DNA of 64,000 bases, from assembly GCA_965153285.1 (NCBI GenBank), contig OZ229116.1, one strand, 5' to 3'. This document shows, piece after piece, positions 63,883 through 64,000 of the stretch. The position numbers were made by a program, and so were the translations under genes. Position 1 is the stretch's first letter. Every line of letters starts with the position of its first letter. This stretch comes from Podarcis tiliguerta (Eukaryota). Under the pieces are notes generated by a model. That model had not been told where the DNA came from. It did no database searches and was given only the letters and a program-made list of their open reading frames with translations.

Positions 63883-64000
63883 CTTAACAGTAGAAAGGAT
63901 ATGTTAGGTTTACTACATACACGCCTTATTACTACTCTGTTATATAACAGAAACAACTATTATAACAAAAACAGCTTTGTAACTTATCTACATTACTCAC

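Overview
This is vertebrate genomic DNA, most likely a squamate and probably a lacertid lizard, judged from Sauria SINEs, CR1/L2 LINEs and lizard-type MITEs. It holds a gene block that is conserved in mammals. APBB3/Fe65L2 lies on + (12 coding exons from the WW exon to the stop, 4822-15788, including a 6-nt microexon; first coding exon not found, presumably upstream). A complete SRA1 lies on + (5 coding exons, 20789-25537, CpG-island promoter, 169-N gap in intron 2). The last 18 exons of ANKHD1/MASK1 lie on - (63882-32579). All exon models were built by hand from GT-AG boundaries with consistent phases; most ORFs in the supplied track are spurious or intron read-through. The most notable points are: (i) no intact EIF4EBP3 between ANKHD1 and SRA1, where it sits in human, only a doubtful decayed remnant; (ii) SRA1 intron 1 is 96 nt and stop-free, so its retention would lengthen the protein rather than give a non-coding RNA as in human; (iii) the APBB3 microexon has an SRRM4-type acceptor; (iv) two near-identical inverted MITEs bracket two ANKHD1 exons; (v) a tRNA-Lys-headed retroposon with an 18-bp TSD. 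I found no convincing wholly new biological system; these are testable leads.
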